IMG/VR virus record: IMGVR_UViG_3300035188_001352
Span: 1 to 64,000 of that record
Strand: one strand, 5' to 3'
DNA from: an uncultured virus (IMG/VR IMGVR_UViG_3300035188_001352)
Taxonomy: Duplodnaviria; Heunggongvirae; Uroviricota; Caudoviricetes
Length of the DNA: 64,000 bases
Shown here in pieces: positions 10,328 to 20,255 of this stretch; positions within the stretch are counted from its first letter, which is position 1; each line of letters starts with the position of its first letter. The notes beneath the pieces are model-generated. The model saw only the letters and a program-made list of their open reading frames with translations. It did no database searches and was not told the origin of the DNA. The position numbers and the translations under genes are program-made.

Positions 10328-11240
10328 AATCATCCAAGTCGTTTTCAATTAGTTCACGTTGACATTTGATAGCACTTCGTTCACTAGAGAATAAATGCTT
10401 AGAAACAATTTGAGCAACTAAACCAAATTCTCCATCTTCTGTTTTTCTACCATTTATAGTAAATGCAATTGAAGTACAATCTTTTACTTTGAAAAATGCT
10501 AAGACCCCAGTTTTGACTGGCGGTAAAGTAAATCCTTGACACCTCGGAATATGCTTATGAACGTCAGAGAATGAAGTGATTGGATTACCATACGCTTGAA
10601 TAAACTGAGCATGCTTTGGAAATCCTTCAAAAGATGTTAGCTTATTATTAGCAGCATTAAACAATCTACATTGTTCAGGACCACCAACTAAAGGCGAAGT
10701 CAGTTCATTGTTGTTACAATAGAAATCCCCACCTACTGAGAAATCCCCCGCCGCATTAAGTTCAGGTGCTCCTTCTAAGGTTGTAAGATTATTGTAAGAA
10801 CAATTGAAGTTTGAAATCTTATTTGGATAAATTCTGCCTTTTAGCGTAGTAAGACTAAGATTACGCACATCATCTTTAGCATTCTTTAGACGTTTTGCAA
10901 ACCAATTCACAAAATGGGTATGTATTGTATCTAAACAGTTCAGATACATTTGTAATGAACCGTCTGGACCCGCACCATAACCCGCTTTACCCCAAATAGA
11001 GGCGTAAGAATTTTTGACTTTGATATCACCTGCATAATTGACAAAGTATTCTCGTGGTTCTTTTAGATAGGTATCTTTAGTCACTATTTGCAAAGAACCA
11101 TTCTTTCTTTGTATTTTCGTGGAGTTCAAGTCAAAGTACTTCGAGAAGTCCTTAAACTCTGGAGTTTGTTCTAATTGGTCAATGACCGCTGAATAGTCTG
11201 CACCTTTAGATGCTTCATTTAACAATTCTGATATTTTCAT
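10314..11240 (-). CDS. Array family member 6, LRR-containing (MKISELLNE)
   Basis: CSYNNLTTLEGAP / CNNNELTS / NNKLTSFEGFP repeats; ends IKCQRELIENDLDDYAEF. Confidence 0.9.
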   Translation of the reverse strand: MKISELLNEASKGADYSAVIDQLEQTPEFKDFSKYFDLNSTKIQRKNGSLQIVTKDTYLKEPREYFVNYAGDIKVKNSYASIWGKAGYGAGPDGSLQMYLNCLDTIHTHFVNWFAKRLKNAKDDVRNLSLTTLKGRIYPNKISNFNCSYNNLTTLEGAPELNAAGDFSVGGDFYCNNNELTSPLVGGPEQCRLFNAANNKLTSFEGFPKHAQFIQAYGNPITSFSDVHKHIPRCQGFTLPPVKTGVLAFFKVKDCTSIAFTINGRKTEDGEFGLVAQIVSKHLFSSERSAIKCQRELIENDLDDYAEF

Positions 11241-11872
11241 AGTTCTGCGTACTCGTCTAAATCCTTTTCAATTAGTTTTCGTTGACATGCAATGACATCA
11301 CCCGAGTTTAAATATTTTAAAACAATGTTAGCCCATTCAGGATTTGGAGTATTGATTTTTATTACTCCATGTTTTGCTAACTTTATCAAACCCAAAACAC
11401 CACCTGTAATATTCTCAGAATTATTGATTTCTAAATAACTAAAATCTTTTATTATTTTATGAATACCAGATAATGAAGTTTTATTAAGGTTCTGAATAAA
11501 GATATTCGGAAACTCAATTGGTATTGGTAATGAAGGAACCTGTTTGTCAAATGTTAAATGAACTATATGCGACCCTGAATCTTCACGAATTTCAGTGATA
11601 TCAAAAAACGCTTTAAGAACAGCATTGACATCATCTATGTAATTCGCAAAATCATTCACCTGATGTTCTGGAACTTCAAGGCTAATATCAAATGTACCTT
11701 TACCAACTTGAATAATTGAACTCAATCCGGTTTTTTTGTCAATAGCATCAGTTATCTTTTTAGGATTTTCATTGAGTTTTGTTAAAGTAGTAGTTAGAGC
11801 ATTATACGACAGCCATAAGTCTATAAAATAATCTTTTCTAACTGAGGTTTCAAATAGTTCTTTTATTTTCAT
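11237..11872 (-). CDS. Array family member 7 (MKIKELFE)
   Basis: Ends IACQRKLIEKDLDEYAEL. Confidence 0.9.
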   Translation of the reverse strand: MKIKELFETSVRKDYFIDLWLSYNALTTTLTKLNENPKKITDAIDKKTGLSSIIQVGKGTFDISLEVPEHQVNDFANYIDDVNAVLKAFFDITEIREDSGSHIVHLTFDKQVPSLPIPIEFPNIFIQNLNKTSLSGIHKIIKDFSYLEINNSENITGGVLGLIKLAKHGVIKINTPNPEWANIVLKYLNSGDVIACQRKLIEKDLDEYAEL

Positions 11873-12528
11873 TAAAATTCCGCGTATTCGTCTAAGTCTT
11901 GTTCAATCATTTCACGTTGACATGCAACTATATCTTGATTTTCTGATTTTCTATAACTAGTAATAATTTTAACCCATTCAACAGTTTTAAACTTATTACC
12001 CCAATCTGCATTATTTAGAATGAGTTTGCCTTTGATTTTCAATAACCCTACAACACTATCGCTAATCATATTAGCATATTCAATTCTAAATAATTCATCT
12101 GCTTTAATAAGTTTATCAACACCTGCTAATGAAAGAGCTGTATTACTATTTGAGTTCAAATAGATAACCGGCCATTCAATTGGGCTATTTGGCATATTGT
12201 CAATAAAGACAATAGGAAATGATGAACCTTCGTTATAAGGGCTTTTATCGATTTTGTTAAAGCTTTCGACTACTTCGCGAACTCTTTCTAATTGATGTTC
12301 AATATTAGTTTTGTTGAATGGAAGTTTTCCGTTCAAAGTTATTCGTACTTGGTTACTTGATGATGGTTTATCGACAAGTTTAACTTTTACGCCAGTAAGA
12401 TTAGCTTTAATCAAAGCATCTCGAATAGCAATTACTTTTGGTGCAAAATGTGTTTCAAACGATAACTTTATTTCAAAAGTATCGGTTCTATTACTTGTTG
12501 CTTCATTTAATAATTCTGATATTTTCAT
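11872..12528 (-). CDS. Array family member 8 (MKISELLNE)
   Basis: Ends VACQREMIEQDLDEYAEF. Confidence 0.9.
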   Translation of the reverse strand: MKISELLNEATSNRTDTFEIKLSFETHFAPKVIAIRDALIKANLTGVKVKLVDKPSSSNQVRITLNGKLPFNKTNIEHQLERVREVVESFNKIDKSPYNEGSSFPIVFIDNMPNSPIEWPVIYLNSNSNTALSLAGVDKLIKADELFRIEYANMISDSVVGLLKIKGKLILNNADWGNKFKTVEWVKIITSYRKSENQDIVACQREMIEQDLDEYAEF

Positions 12529-13166
12529 AATTCTGCGTACTCGTCCAGGTCGTTTTCAATTAGTTTTCGTTGACATGCAATCCAATCATTGGCTGTTTGA
12601 TAACTATTTATGATAGATATAGCTTTTAATAAAGTATTATAACCTTCTTTCCATCTATCAGTTGAAGCAGTAGAAAGTAAAGGAATATTTTTCATCTTCA
12701 ATACACCTAATAAGTTTGATTGAACTGATACAGGAACATAAATCTTACTGCAACTCTGAATATGTTTATGAATATCTTTGAATGAAGTGATAGGATTATC
12801 AATCAAATCTAAAGAACCACTTATATTATAAGGAGCACCTTCAAGTGAAGTAATATTATTTTTATAACAATTTACAGCACCATGAACCGAGTTTGGAAAG
12901 TTTTTGAATGAAACTATTTGTCTATCTTCAATATCAAAATCACCTAATACTACGTCAAGTTTATATTTTAGTTCATATCCATTTTCAACTTTATCAGCGA
13001 AAGCTCCAAATGCCGTATCAGATTGCGATAAGTCTAATTTAGAATTAGCATATAATATGCCCATTTTATTTAGATTGATAGTACCTTGAGTAAGCATTCT
13101 CAATTGCTCTGCTACTTTATATGGTATTTGTTCTTCTTCCTGTTCAAACAATTCTTTTATTTTCAT
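12525..13166 (-). CDS. Array family member 9, LRR-like (MKIKELFE)
   Basis: SFKNFP / SLEGAP / SFKDI repeats; ends IACQRKLIENDLDEYAEL. Confidence 0.9.
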   Translation of the reverse strand: MKIKELFEQEEEQIPYKVAEQLRMLTQGTINLNKMGILYANSKLDLSQSDTAFGAFADKVENGYELKYKLDVVLGDFDIEDRQIVSFKNFPNSVHGAVNCYKNNITSLEGAPYNISGSLDLIDNPITSFKDIHKHIQSCSKIYVPVSVQSNLLGVLKMKNIPLLSTASTDRWKEGYNTLLKAISIINSYQTANDWIACQRKLIENDLDEYAEL

Positions 13167-13831
13167 TAAAACTCCGCATACTCGTCTAAGTCATTTTCAA
13201 TTAGTTTTCGTTGGCACGCAATGGTGTTGCCATTAGGTAAGAATTCATTGAGAATATCAATTGCTCTTTCGAAATCGTCAATACTTTCACTTGATATCCA
13301 AACAGTTTTAAGGTTTTTGATTTTCAAAAATCCTAATATCGGACTTGGCTTATTCCCAGAAATATAAATCTTATCAGCTTCTAAGATATGGTTATGAACA
13401 TTAGCGAATGATAAATTTTGAGCTTCCCATAAATTCAATACTCCTTTGGAATACTTTGGAATACTTTCTAAAGAAGTAAGCTTAGGGAAATTTACTCCCT
13501 CTAATTTTAGAGCATCAATCTTTGAGCTTTTAGGAGTTTCAATATACTCTGGAAAGTTTTTGAATGAAGAAAGTGCAGACGTATAAACGTGAATACATTT
13601 AGCTCGGGTAATCTTGAATGGAAGAGTTCCTTCTGGCGTTAGCATTCTTTCCGTAATTTGAAATTTTGGCATATTGCATGAAACTGTTCCATCTTTAGCG
13701 ACTACAAATTTGTCATAGTAATCATGCGGAAAAGTTTGCCAACTTCGCCATTCATCAATAATAGCAAGTACTTCATCCTTAGACATTTGTTGATTACTAG
13801 ATGTTTGTTCAAATAGTTCTTGTATTTTCAT
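13166..13831 (-). CDS. Array family member 10 (MKIQELFE)
   Basis: Ends IACQRKLIENDLDEYAEF; close paralog of 15904..16581. Confidence 0.9.
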   Translation of the reverse strand: MKIQELFEQTSSNQQMSKDEVLAIIDEWRSWQTFPHDYYDKFVVAKDGTVSCNMPKFQITERMLTPEGTLPFKITRAKCIHVYTSALSSFKNFPEYIETPKSSKIDALKLEGVNFPKLTSLESIPKYSKGVLNLWEAQNLSFANVHNHILEADKIYISGNKPSPILGFLKIKNLKTVWISSESIDDFERAIDILNEFLPNGNTIACQRKLIENDLDEYAEF

Positions 13832-14523
13832 TAAAACTCCGCGTACTCGTCTAAATCTTTTTCAATCAATTCGCGTTGACATGCAATGGCATCTCGTTTA
13901 GAACTTGCTAAATGTTTATTTAGTATCTGTTGCCACTTATCACCATGGTCTGTAACTGAACTCAATCCATTTATCTTTAGAAATCCAAGAATAGGACCTT
14001 TATACGGATATGGAAATTTAACACCTTCAACATAATCGATATGTTTATGAACATTTGCAAAAGATAGTTTCGGAAAATGAGAAAAATCTGCGGAACCATT
14101 AATATGTCGAGGCACACCTTCTAATGAATGAATATTAGGCCCTTTCATTGTGCTATTAACTCCGAATATGTTCAGCATTGTGCCATTACTATTATTAAGA
14201 ACTTTATCTGGAAAGTTTTTAAACGTTGTCATTGCATTAACACCATAAACATCAAGTGAAATACATGATATAAACTTGAATGGAAGCTCTCCGTTCTCAA
14301 ACATCCATTCATAAAGTTTTAGATTTTCGCTCAAATGCTCTACACCATAACCTCCACCTTTATATGGAACTATTTTATATTTTCCGAATGGTGGATACCA
14401 TGAAGAATATGTTGCAGCTTTTTCAGAAGCAATTTTGGTTCGCCATTTATGTATCTTAGCCATGATAGCAAATTCTTCCGGATGCTTCTTTACTGCTTCA
14501 TTTAACAACTCTCCAATTTTCAT
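13831..14523 (-). CDS. Array family member 11 (MKIGELLNE)
   Basis: Ends IACQRELIEKDLDEYAEF. Confidence 0.9.
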   Translation of the reverse strand: MKIGELLNEAVKKHPEEFAIMAKIHKWRTKIASEKAATYSSWYPPFGKYKIVPYKGGGYGVEHLSENLKLYEWMFENGELPFKFISCISLDVYGVNAMTTFKNFPDKVLNNSNGTMLNIFGVNSTMKGPNIHSLEGVPRHINGSADFSHFPKLSFANVHKHIDYVEGVKFPYPYKGPILGFLKINGLSSVTDHGDKWQQILNKHLASSKRDAIACQRELIEKDLDEYAEF

Positions 14524-15236
14524 AGTTCTGCGTACTCGTCTAAATCCTTTTCAATTAGTTCTCGTTGGCACTCAATGATGTTTCTTTTACCTTTTAAATG
14601 TTCAGTAACAATAGCACAAGCTTTTTCTTTATTAGTTGTAGCATTTTGTAATGTTGGACCATTAATTTTTTGCAAGTTTGGTATTTTCAGAAAACTTAGT
14701 AATGGGCCAACATAATCACGGTCAATAGCAACAACAGAACAACTTTTGATATACTTATCAACATTAGAAAAATTCACTTTTTCTAGCATGCTCATATCAA
14801 TACCACCCTGAACTTCTGGAGTAATTCCTTCTAACGAAGTGATATGATCATATCGTTCATCATTTGAATAAACCCCTCCAAAGTTAAGTGACCAATCAAA
14901 TCTTCCAAATCCTACTTTATTTCTATAATCTCTAAGTATTTCATTAGGAAAGTTTTTGAATGACTTAATTTTTGGAGTTCCAACTGATAACTTATAACAA
15001 CTATGGATTTTGATTGGTAATTCTCCATTTTCATCTAACATGTAGTTTCGAATTACTAATGCTCGTCCTTTATGAATAAGATGATTATCTGGGGTTAGCT
15101 CGAAGTGACCAAAAGCAGATTCTGAAAATTGCGGATTAGCTTTTATTTCTTCTCGCCATTGTTTAATAATGGCTCTAACTCGTTTTGTTTCTTCTGAAAC
15201 TTTAGGTGCTTCTTGAAGTAGTTCTCGTATTTTCAT
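14520..15236 (-). CDS. Array family member 12 (MKIRELLQE)
   Basis: Ends IECQRELIEKDLDEYAEL. Confidence 0.9.
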   Translation of the reverse strand: MKIRELLQEAPKVSEETKRVRAIIKQWREEIKANPQFSESAFGHFELTPDNHLIHKGRALVIRNYMLDENGELPIKIHSCYKLSVGTPKIKSFKNFPNEILRDYRNKVGFGRFDWSLNFGGVYSNDERYDHITSLEGITPEVQGGIDMSMLEKVNFSNVDKYIKSCSVVAIDRDYVGPLLSFLKIPNLQKINGPTLQNATTNKEKACAIVTEHLKGKRNIIECQRELIEKDLDEYAEL

Positions 15237-15904
15237 AGTTCTGCGTACTCGTCTAAATCCTTTTCAATTAGTTTTCGTTGACATGCAACGAGATCACGAT
15301 TTTTTGATGATAAATATGTTTGAATAATGTTCCAAGCACTAGCTAATTCCGGGTACATTTTTCCGTTTATACTAAGTCTTACTGTAGTTGACGGGTTAAG
15401 TTTCAATAAACTTAATAAGCCCCCACCTTTGAAATTATGAAAGTCATTTAATTGTAATTGGAAACAATCTAATACTTTATGTATTCCAGTAAATTTGATA
15501 TCTGGAGTTATTGTCAATTTAAAGAACTCACATTCAACCGGAAAAGTTGGGATATAGTTACTATAGATATTACAAAATACTTGAAATAACTGATTATTGA
15601 TAACGTCAATATAATTTTCACCAATAGCATCACAAACAGCTTCCATTACTTTATCATGAAACTTGAATTGATTTGCTTTTGATTTTAGCAAATTACTATC
15701 AGGACTTTTTATTTTGATATTGAATGAGTGTTCGCTAACATTCTCTATTGAGTATTTAAATCCTTTTAAAAGATTATATACAGCTTTTCTAATCAATGTT
15801 TTAGAAAGTTTATCATAACCGTTAACTGTAAATGGAAAATAATAAACGCATTCTAATGTGCATTCTTTGACAGTATCTTCTGATAATAGTTCTTTAATTT
15901 TCAT
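15233..15904 (-). CDS. Array family member 13 (MKIKELLSE)
   Basis: Ends VACQRKLIEKDLDEYAEL. Confidence 0.9.
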   Translation of the reverse strand: MKIKELLSEDTVKECTLECVYYFPFTVNGYDKLSKTLIRKAVYNLLKGFKYSIENVSEHSFNIKIKSPDSNLLKSKANQFKFHDKVMEAVCDAIGENYIDVINNQLFQVFCNIYSNYIPTFPVECEFFKLTITPDIKFTGIHKVLDCFQLQLNDFHNFKGGGLLSLLKLNPSTTVRLSINGKMYPELASAWNIIQTYLSSKNRDLVACQRKLIEKDLDEYAEL

Positions 15905-16581
15905 TAAAACTCCGCGTACTCGTCTAAATCATTTTCAATTAGTTTTCGTTGGCATGCAACAGAATCTCCTTTTGGTAGATACTCATTGATAATCTCTGCT
16001 GCTTCAGCTAATTTTCCATTTTCTGAATATAAGTGTCTAATTTCTTTAAGATTGACTATCTTTAGAAATCCTAACATTGGGCCAACATATTCTTCATTTA
16101 TAGAAATCACATCTGCAGCTAAGATATGTTTATGAACGTTAGCATATGATAGATTTTTTGCTCGTGATAATCTCGCGTGACCTCTACAGTATTTTGGACA
16201 TCCTTCTAAAGATGTAAGATGAGGGAAGCTAGGTGCTAACATGTCAAGACACAAAAGATTGCCAGAAATTCGATGTTCAATTTGTTCAGGAAAGTTTTTG
16301 AACGAAGAAAGATTATTTGCTCTAACTGCGACATACTTAGCACGAGATAACTTGAACGGAAAGGTTCCTTCAGGAGTTAGCATTTCATTCACTATTTCTA
16401 GCTTATCAAGTTTACGTTCAGCAGAACCATCAGAAGCTACTTGGAAACCATGTATAGAATCACCATTGTTAAAACCTTCCTTTAGCCAACCCTTATCAAC
16501 CCAGTATTGAATTAACTCACGGACTTCTGGATTAGTCATTTGTTGAGTACTTGATGTTTCAAATAATTCTTTTATTTTCAT
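15904..16581 (-). CDS. Array family member 14 (MKIKELFE)
   Basis: Ends VACQRKLIENDLDEYAEF; TAATG overlap with putative terS. Confidence 0.9.
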   Translation of the reverse strand: MKIKELFETSSTQQMTNPEVRELIQYWVDKGWLKEGFNNGDSIHGFQVASDGSAERKLDKLEIVNEMLTPEGTFPFKLSRAKYVAVRANNLSSFKNFPEQIEHRISGNLLCLDMLAPSFPHLTSLEGCPKYCRGHARLSRAKNLSYANVHKHILAADVISINEEYVGPMLGFLKIVNLKEIRHLYSENGKLAEAAEIINEYLPKGDSVACQRKLIENDLDEYAEF

Positions 16582-17054
16582 TAGTCTAACGAATCCTTGT
16601 TTTTGTTACGTAACATTTCTAATATCTGATTTCTATCCGCGACAACGATGTTGTTCCCAGAAATATTTGTATTATTTCCAAATGGAATAAATGGAGCAGT
16701 CTTTCTTTTGTCATTTTTAGTTCTTGCTTTAAGAGCCGTTGCATTCAACGCAGTATTGAGGTACTGTGCCGCCACTTCTGCATTCCTTGCAGCATATCGA
16801 GGTTCTACTATTTCAGTAAGTGCTGTTTGGTTTTCATAAGCATCCATAGCAGCTTCAAAAATACTCTCAATCTTATTGTTGATATCAATATCTTCTGCAT
16901 CATCTTGATATGATTGGGCAACCGTTTGTTGAGGAACAGCAATCATATCATCTTCATATGAAGATGATGAACTTGTAGTCATATCATAAGTTGAACCTGG
17001 TTCAATGTTGAAGATATCTTCAAGCGGATGTTTTTTTAGATTTTCTTTTATCAT
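16581..17054 (-). CDS. Probable terminase small subunit (T4 gp16-like)
   Basis: 157 aa; helical core PRYAARNAEVAAQYLNTA and C-terminal NNIVVADRNQILEML resemble T4-like gp16; upstream of terL in the same operon. Confidence 0.6.
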   Translation of the reverse strand: MIKENLKKHPLEDIFNIEPGSTYDMTTSSSSSYEDDMIAVPQQTVAQSYQDDAEDIDINNKIESIFEAAMDAYENQTALTEIVEPRYAARNAEVAAQYLNTALNATALKARTKNDKRKTAPFIPFGNNTNISGNNIVVADRNQILEMLRNKNKDSLD

Positions 17055-17595
17055 TTGTTGGCGCTCTTGTTATAGATGTCTTACTTGCAGTTTTCGGTTT
17101 TCTTGGTGCTACAGGTTTCTTAGTTCCATTGGCAGCTAGCTTTTTGACTTTTGGTGCTTTCTTCTTTGCAGTTCGTGGCATCATTCGATAGATATCAACT
17201 TCAGTGATGACCTTGAATTTCATTCCATTGACCTGGCAAAACCTTTCAGCGGCAATCCACTTCGCTTCATTGACCATAAGTGCAACTCTATCATAAGCTG
17301 ACTTAGCATGTTCAGCACTTGCTTCTTTCAACGGTTTTACTTCAACTATCCATCTTTCAACTTCTTGATTTGTATTTATCATCTCAAACATAAAGTCAGG
17401 ATAATACCGATGGACTCGTCCATCTTTTGGAGAAATGTAAGGTATTGCAACTTCTTCACTATTCCATCTAGTAACACTTATAGAACTATCAAAGAACTTC
17501 ATGACAGTTAGTTCCCATGAAGAACGAAAGAAGATTTGAGCAGCATTTCCAAAATACTTTTGAGGATTGCGCGGAATAAAACGACCTTGAGCCAT
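17020..17595 (-). CDS. Head completion nuclease (T4 gp4 / TnsA-N-like) with basic C-terminal tail
   Basis: F.P.NP.KY, RSSWE, SEE..IPY, YYPDF, VEVKP, NEAKW motifs. Confidence 0.9.
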   Translation of the reverse strand: MAQGRFIPRNPQKYFGNAAQIFFRSSWELTVMKFFDSSISVTRWNSEEVAIPYISPKDGRVHRYYPDFMFEMINTNQEVERWIVEVKPLKEASAEHAKSAYDRVALMVNEAKWIAAERFCQVNGMKFKVITEVDIYRMMPRTAKKKAPKVKKLAANGTKKPVAPRKPKTASKTSITRAPTNDKRKSKKTSA

Positions 17596-17599
17596 AATC

Positions 17600-18868
17600 T
17601 TATTCTTCTCTTATTTTCCTAAACATTTCATCAGATGTTTGAGTTCCTACTGGCGGTGAAGTTTTCCCCATGTTAGACACCGAGTCACTTATCCATCGTC
17701 CAGCACTTGATGCTGAGTTAGAGATAGCTGAACTTAAACCGCCAGTTACACCAAATAAAGTATTACGAGTAGTATTGGTAATCTGACGTGAAGCTCCAAA
17801 GACAACATTTCGTGCTGCTTGTCCAAGAATTGGAATTTTGATGTTACCTACTATTCCACTTGCTACTTGATTGACTGCTCCTCCTACAACACCTGATAAC
17901 ACATTACCTAACCATCCTCCACCTCCACCAAATCCTCCAGGACCGGCACTATCACCGTACCAATGAGGAGAAGGAAAACCAATGTTTTGAACTGGGATTT
18001 CTGGACTAAACATATCAGACCCTGGAGCAGCATATTCTGAACGACCTGTGACTTGTGTCGGTTGTCCAATTGACAAAGCATCATAATCAAATCTTATAGT
18101 GGCATGGTTACCAACATCTCCACCTTCATTATCAGCAGAGTCATAAGAAATGTCAAGGATACGTGGATTGACAAACCAAAAAGTATTCAATTGTGTAGCA
18201 TGTCCAAAGTACTGAATAAGACGAATAGAACGAAATGGATTGATAGCATCATCAGGTAAAGCACCTCGCGCAGCAGAGTCAATCTGCGTTCCGTCACGTG
18301 ATTTGGAAAAAGCCATACCACTGCTTTCCATCATAGCTAATGACTTTTCTGGTGTCCATGAACGAGCCGCTGGTGAATGAGCACGAAGATAAGCAGCAAA
18401 GAACGCATGAAAAGTATCTGCGATATCGTCAATCAACGTCATTGACAAAGGTTCATGGTTGATTGTCTTCAAAACCTTTGTCTTATAGTTATACATATTG
18501 ACAGCTTCATAATCAAAGTTCAATTTAGGTCTATCAATATTTTTGATAACATATTGAAATACGTCTTTTCTTCCGCCTATCAGTTCAGTAAAGTTAGGAT
18601 TCATTTCGAACAATACACGAAACATAAACCTATGTTTCGGTTGATACGTAATTAAATCCTGCGCATAGTTAGCAGGTCGCCATATTCCTTTTTGGTCTGG
18701 TCTAAAATGCGGGTCTAAACCTCCAAAACTCGAAGTCCTTGCGGTAATCATGTCAGAAAATGGAGCACGAGTAAACTGGTCGACCGCTGCTCCAAATTTG
18801 TTATAAGCTGCTTGTTCGAGCTGTATCCCTGCTCCACTGACTATTTTGCTAAAATCAATTGCTGACAT
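17600..18868 (-). CDS. Tail-tube-like baseplate protein (gp48/gp54-like)
   Basis: Shares PKHR.RF, RP.L.F, YN, L.DD and L/I.YD motifs with the adjacent tail tube; Gly-rich C-terminal extension. Confidence 0.65.
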   Translation of the reverse strand: MSAIDFSKIVSGAGIQLEQAAYNKFGAAVDQFTRAPFSDMITARTSSFGGLDPHFRPDQKGIWRPANYAQDLITYQPKHRFMFRVLFEMNPNFTELIGGRKDVFQYVIKNIDRPKLNFDYEAVNMYNYKTKVLKTINHEPLSMTLIDDIADTFHAFFAAYLRAHSPAARSWTPEKSLAMMESSGMAFSKSRDGTQIDSAARGALPDDAINPFRSIRLIQYFGHATQLNTFWFVNPRILDISYDSADNEGGDVGNHATIRFDYDALSIGQPTQVTGRSEYAAPGSDMFSPEIPVQNIGFPSPHWYGDSAGPGGFGGGGGWLGNVLSGVVGGAVNQVASGIVGNIKIPILGQAARNVVFGASRQITNTTRNTLFGVTGGLSSAISNSASSAGRWISDSVSNMGKTSPPVGTQTSDEMFRKIREE

Positions 18869-18910
18869 TTATATAAGTTCCTTGTTTTCTGGTAATACAT
18901 GTACTAAATG

Positions 18911-18917
18911 TATTTAT
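18911..18917 (-). promoter_or_regulatory. T4-type late promoter (ATAAATA) heading the tube-like/gp4/terS/array/terL run
   Basis: ATAAATA about 45 bp upstream of ATG 18868; same motif precedes other structural genes. Confidence 0.55.
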
Positions 18918-18955
18918 CTTTATTTGGAAAACTAATATTTACTAATAATATAAAC

Positions 18956-18990
18956 AAAAAAGGGGAGAATACTTTATTGGTATTCTCCCC
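18956..18990 (-). terminator. Rho-independent terminator after tail tube gene
   Basis: GGGGAGAATAC / GTATTCTCCCC 11-bp stem followed by T6 on minus strand. Confidence 0.8.
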
Positions 18991-19009
18991 CCTTCTATGA
19001 GTATGAAAC

Positions 19010-19603
19010 TTACAACAAGAAACCAGCTGTAGCATTTATACCATCAGTTCCAACTACGCCATTATTCAATTCTTGCCATGCATGGTCATATTTGATTGAT
19101 AATTGGATTTGAACTTGGTCAGCTGACGAATAGTCAAGGTCTCCATAAGTTGCTTCTTTTATCCAAGCACCTTCCATTTTCCATTGTTCCGCAATAGCTT
19201 CATTACCATCAAGCATTTGAAGAACTACACCAAATTTGTAACCTGATGCAGTCGCTGCAGTATTCAAAAATTGACCTGAAGCATGGTCAGCACCAATCAA
19301 ACGCTGTTGTCTTTCTAATTGAGCTTGAACAGCAGAAGATGCTAAACCTGTCAAGTCATCTTCCAAAGTTACTTGGAAATCTGACCAAGAATGCTTTCCT
19401 GCAACAAATGAGATTGAATTGTAACGATGTAATGGGACTTCATCAAATGTTAATGTTGGACGATTACATGTAACAACCTGTCTTGTTAGGTTTGTGCCGT
19501 CGTTCAACATACCTACGAATTGAACTTGAAATCTATTACGGTGTTTAGGATGAAGAATACCGTTACCAGATAATGGTATCCCTGTTTGTGATAAAGTTGC
19601 CAT
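19010..19603 (-). CDS. Tail tube protein (T4 gp19-like)
   Basis: PKHRNRF, RPTLTF, AGKHSW, LEDD, W.MEGAW, GDLDYS, IKYD motifs; late promoter at 19664-19670. Confidence 0.85.
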   Translation of the reverse strand: MATLSQTGIPLSGNGILHPKHRNRFQVQFVGMLNDGTNLTRQVVTCNRPTLTFDEVPLHRYNSISFVAGKHSWSDFQVTLEDDLTGLASSAVQAQLERQQRLIGADHASGQFLNTAATASGYKFGVVLQMLDGNEAIAEQWKMEGAWIKEATYGDLDYSSADQVQIQLSIKYDHAWQELNNGVVGTDGINATAGFLL

Positions 19604-19713
19604 AAGTAAGCTCTCCTTTGAAATTGAATTATATATATAAAGAATTATATTTCTATATGAGAGTATTTATCATTAGAGCCTTCTAATTCTCGAAATATGT
19701 ATGTAACCCTACA

Positions 19714-19721
19714 TATAAATA
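19714..19721 (+). promoter_or_regulatory. T4-type late promoter TATAAATA
   Basis: Exact T4 late consensus just upstream of ORF 19728. Confidence 0.55.
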
Positions 19722-19727
19722 GAGTAT

Positions 19728-20039
19728 ATGGAAATCAAATCTCAAATAGAACAATCTTTATTAGTATCTAATAAGAAAAAGTTGAACTCAAGAAAGACTG
19801 AATATCTTGAGTCTATTGACCCTGACTTATTCGAAAGTATTCTACGTGAGACACTTTTTCTTCCAAAAGAAGCTACACTTCATGAACGGATTTATTGCAT
19901 ATTGAATAATATTGATGATATGCCATTATGCCAGTTCTGTGGCAATAAACGGTCTTATGTATTATACAGAGGCTATAGAACAACTTGTGGAAAAGCAAGT
20001 TGTGGACTACATTTAAGATATCAAAATAAAGAGGGATAA
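19728..20039 (+). CDS. Small Zn-ribbon protein (resembles DNA-binding modules of phage homing endonucleases)
   Basis: ERIYCILN...PLCQFCG...YRTTCGKASC. Confidence 0.6.
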   Translation: MEIKSQIEQSLLVSNKKKLNSRKTEYLESIDPDLFESILRETLFLPKEATLHERIYCILNNIDDMPLCQFCGNKRSYVLYRGYRTTCGKASCGLHLRYQNKEG

Positions 20040-20045
20040 AAACAC

Positions 20046-20255
20046 ATGAATAACTTTTCAGCAGAATATTTAGAAAAACTAAGTCAAGATTATGAATTCG
20101 TCGCAAAATCATTAGGGTTTTTTAAAGAAAACTATAACTTTTACGCCAGAGTAAACGGTCTCGACAATATCAATAATGCAATAGGAAAAATGGAAGCAGA
20201 GAAACTCGAACTTGCTGTTAAGATAGACTTTTTGACTAACTTGTTAAACTCTTAG
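20046..20255 (+). CDS. Hypothetical protein
   Basis: 69 aa ORF; converges on array block 2. Confidence 0.55.
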   Translation: MNNFSAEYLEKLSQDYEFVAKSLGFFKENYNFYARVNGLDNINNAIGKMEAEKLELAVKIDFLTNLLNS

